This document shows positions 25,310 through 25,387 of a stretch of DNA of 25,387 bases, piece by piece. The notes under the pieces were generated by a model. It was not told the origin of the DNA and ran no database searches. It saw only the letters and a program-made list of their open reading frames with translations. Positions within the stretch are counted from its first letter, which is position 1; the number at the start of each line of letters is the position of its first letter. The position numbers and the translations under genes were made by a program. Where the stretch lies: positions 1 to 25,387 of IMG/VR virus record IMGVR_UViG_3300049164_000042. The stretch is one strand, 5' to 3'. The stretch comes from a virus. Taxonomy: Duplodnaviria; Caudoviricetes.

Positions 25310-25387
25310 TGTGGACTCCTTCGGCCGCATCGCGCGGCGTCTGGTGCACAGGGCATCGCGCCCCGAGCTTGATTACAGTGAGTGACC

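Larger units (their letters stand above)
446..25387 (-). mobile_element. Siphovirus-type phage/prophage late region with accessory Ro60-Y RNA module
   Basis: Complete, colinear packaging-head-tail-lysis gene order. No integrase or att site is visible in the window, so boundaries are unknown. Confidence 0.9.

Overview
High-GC, actinobacterial-type siphovirus (phage or prophage) late region, almost entirely on the minus strand. Gene order from the right: small and large terminase, portal, minor head protein, scaffold, head decoration, major capsid, two paralogous small head-region proteins, head-tail joining genes, major tail protein, tail assembly chaperones joined by a -1 frameshift, tape measure, distal tail, minor tail proteins, and a lysis cassette ending in a terminator at about 2360-2400. 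One minor tail protein is a PhoD-like phosphoesterase fused to a tail domain, and another carries an S74-type chaperone. Downstream of the terminator is an accessory RNA-protein module: two tandem Y-RNA-like genes (one short, one YrlA-type circularly permuted tRNA mimic that keeps a Lys-CUU anticodon-like loop) followed by a Ro60/Rsr TROVE-vWA gene. The ribosome-binding site of that gene lies in a hairpin carrying a third copy of the Y-RNA 5' motif. Two small genes are inserted on the opposite strand. All calls come from motif recognition, synteny and hand-folding; no searches or folding programs were run.
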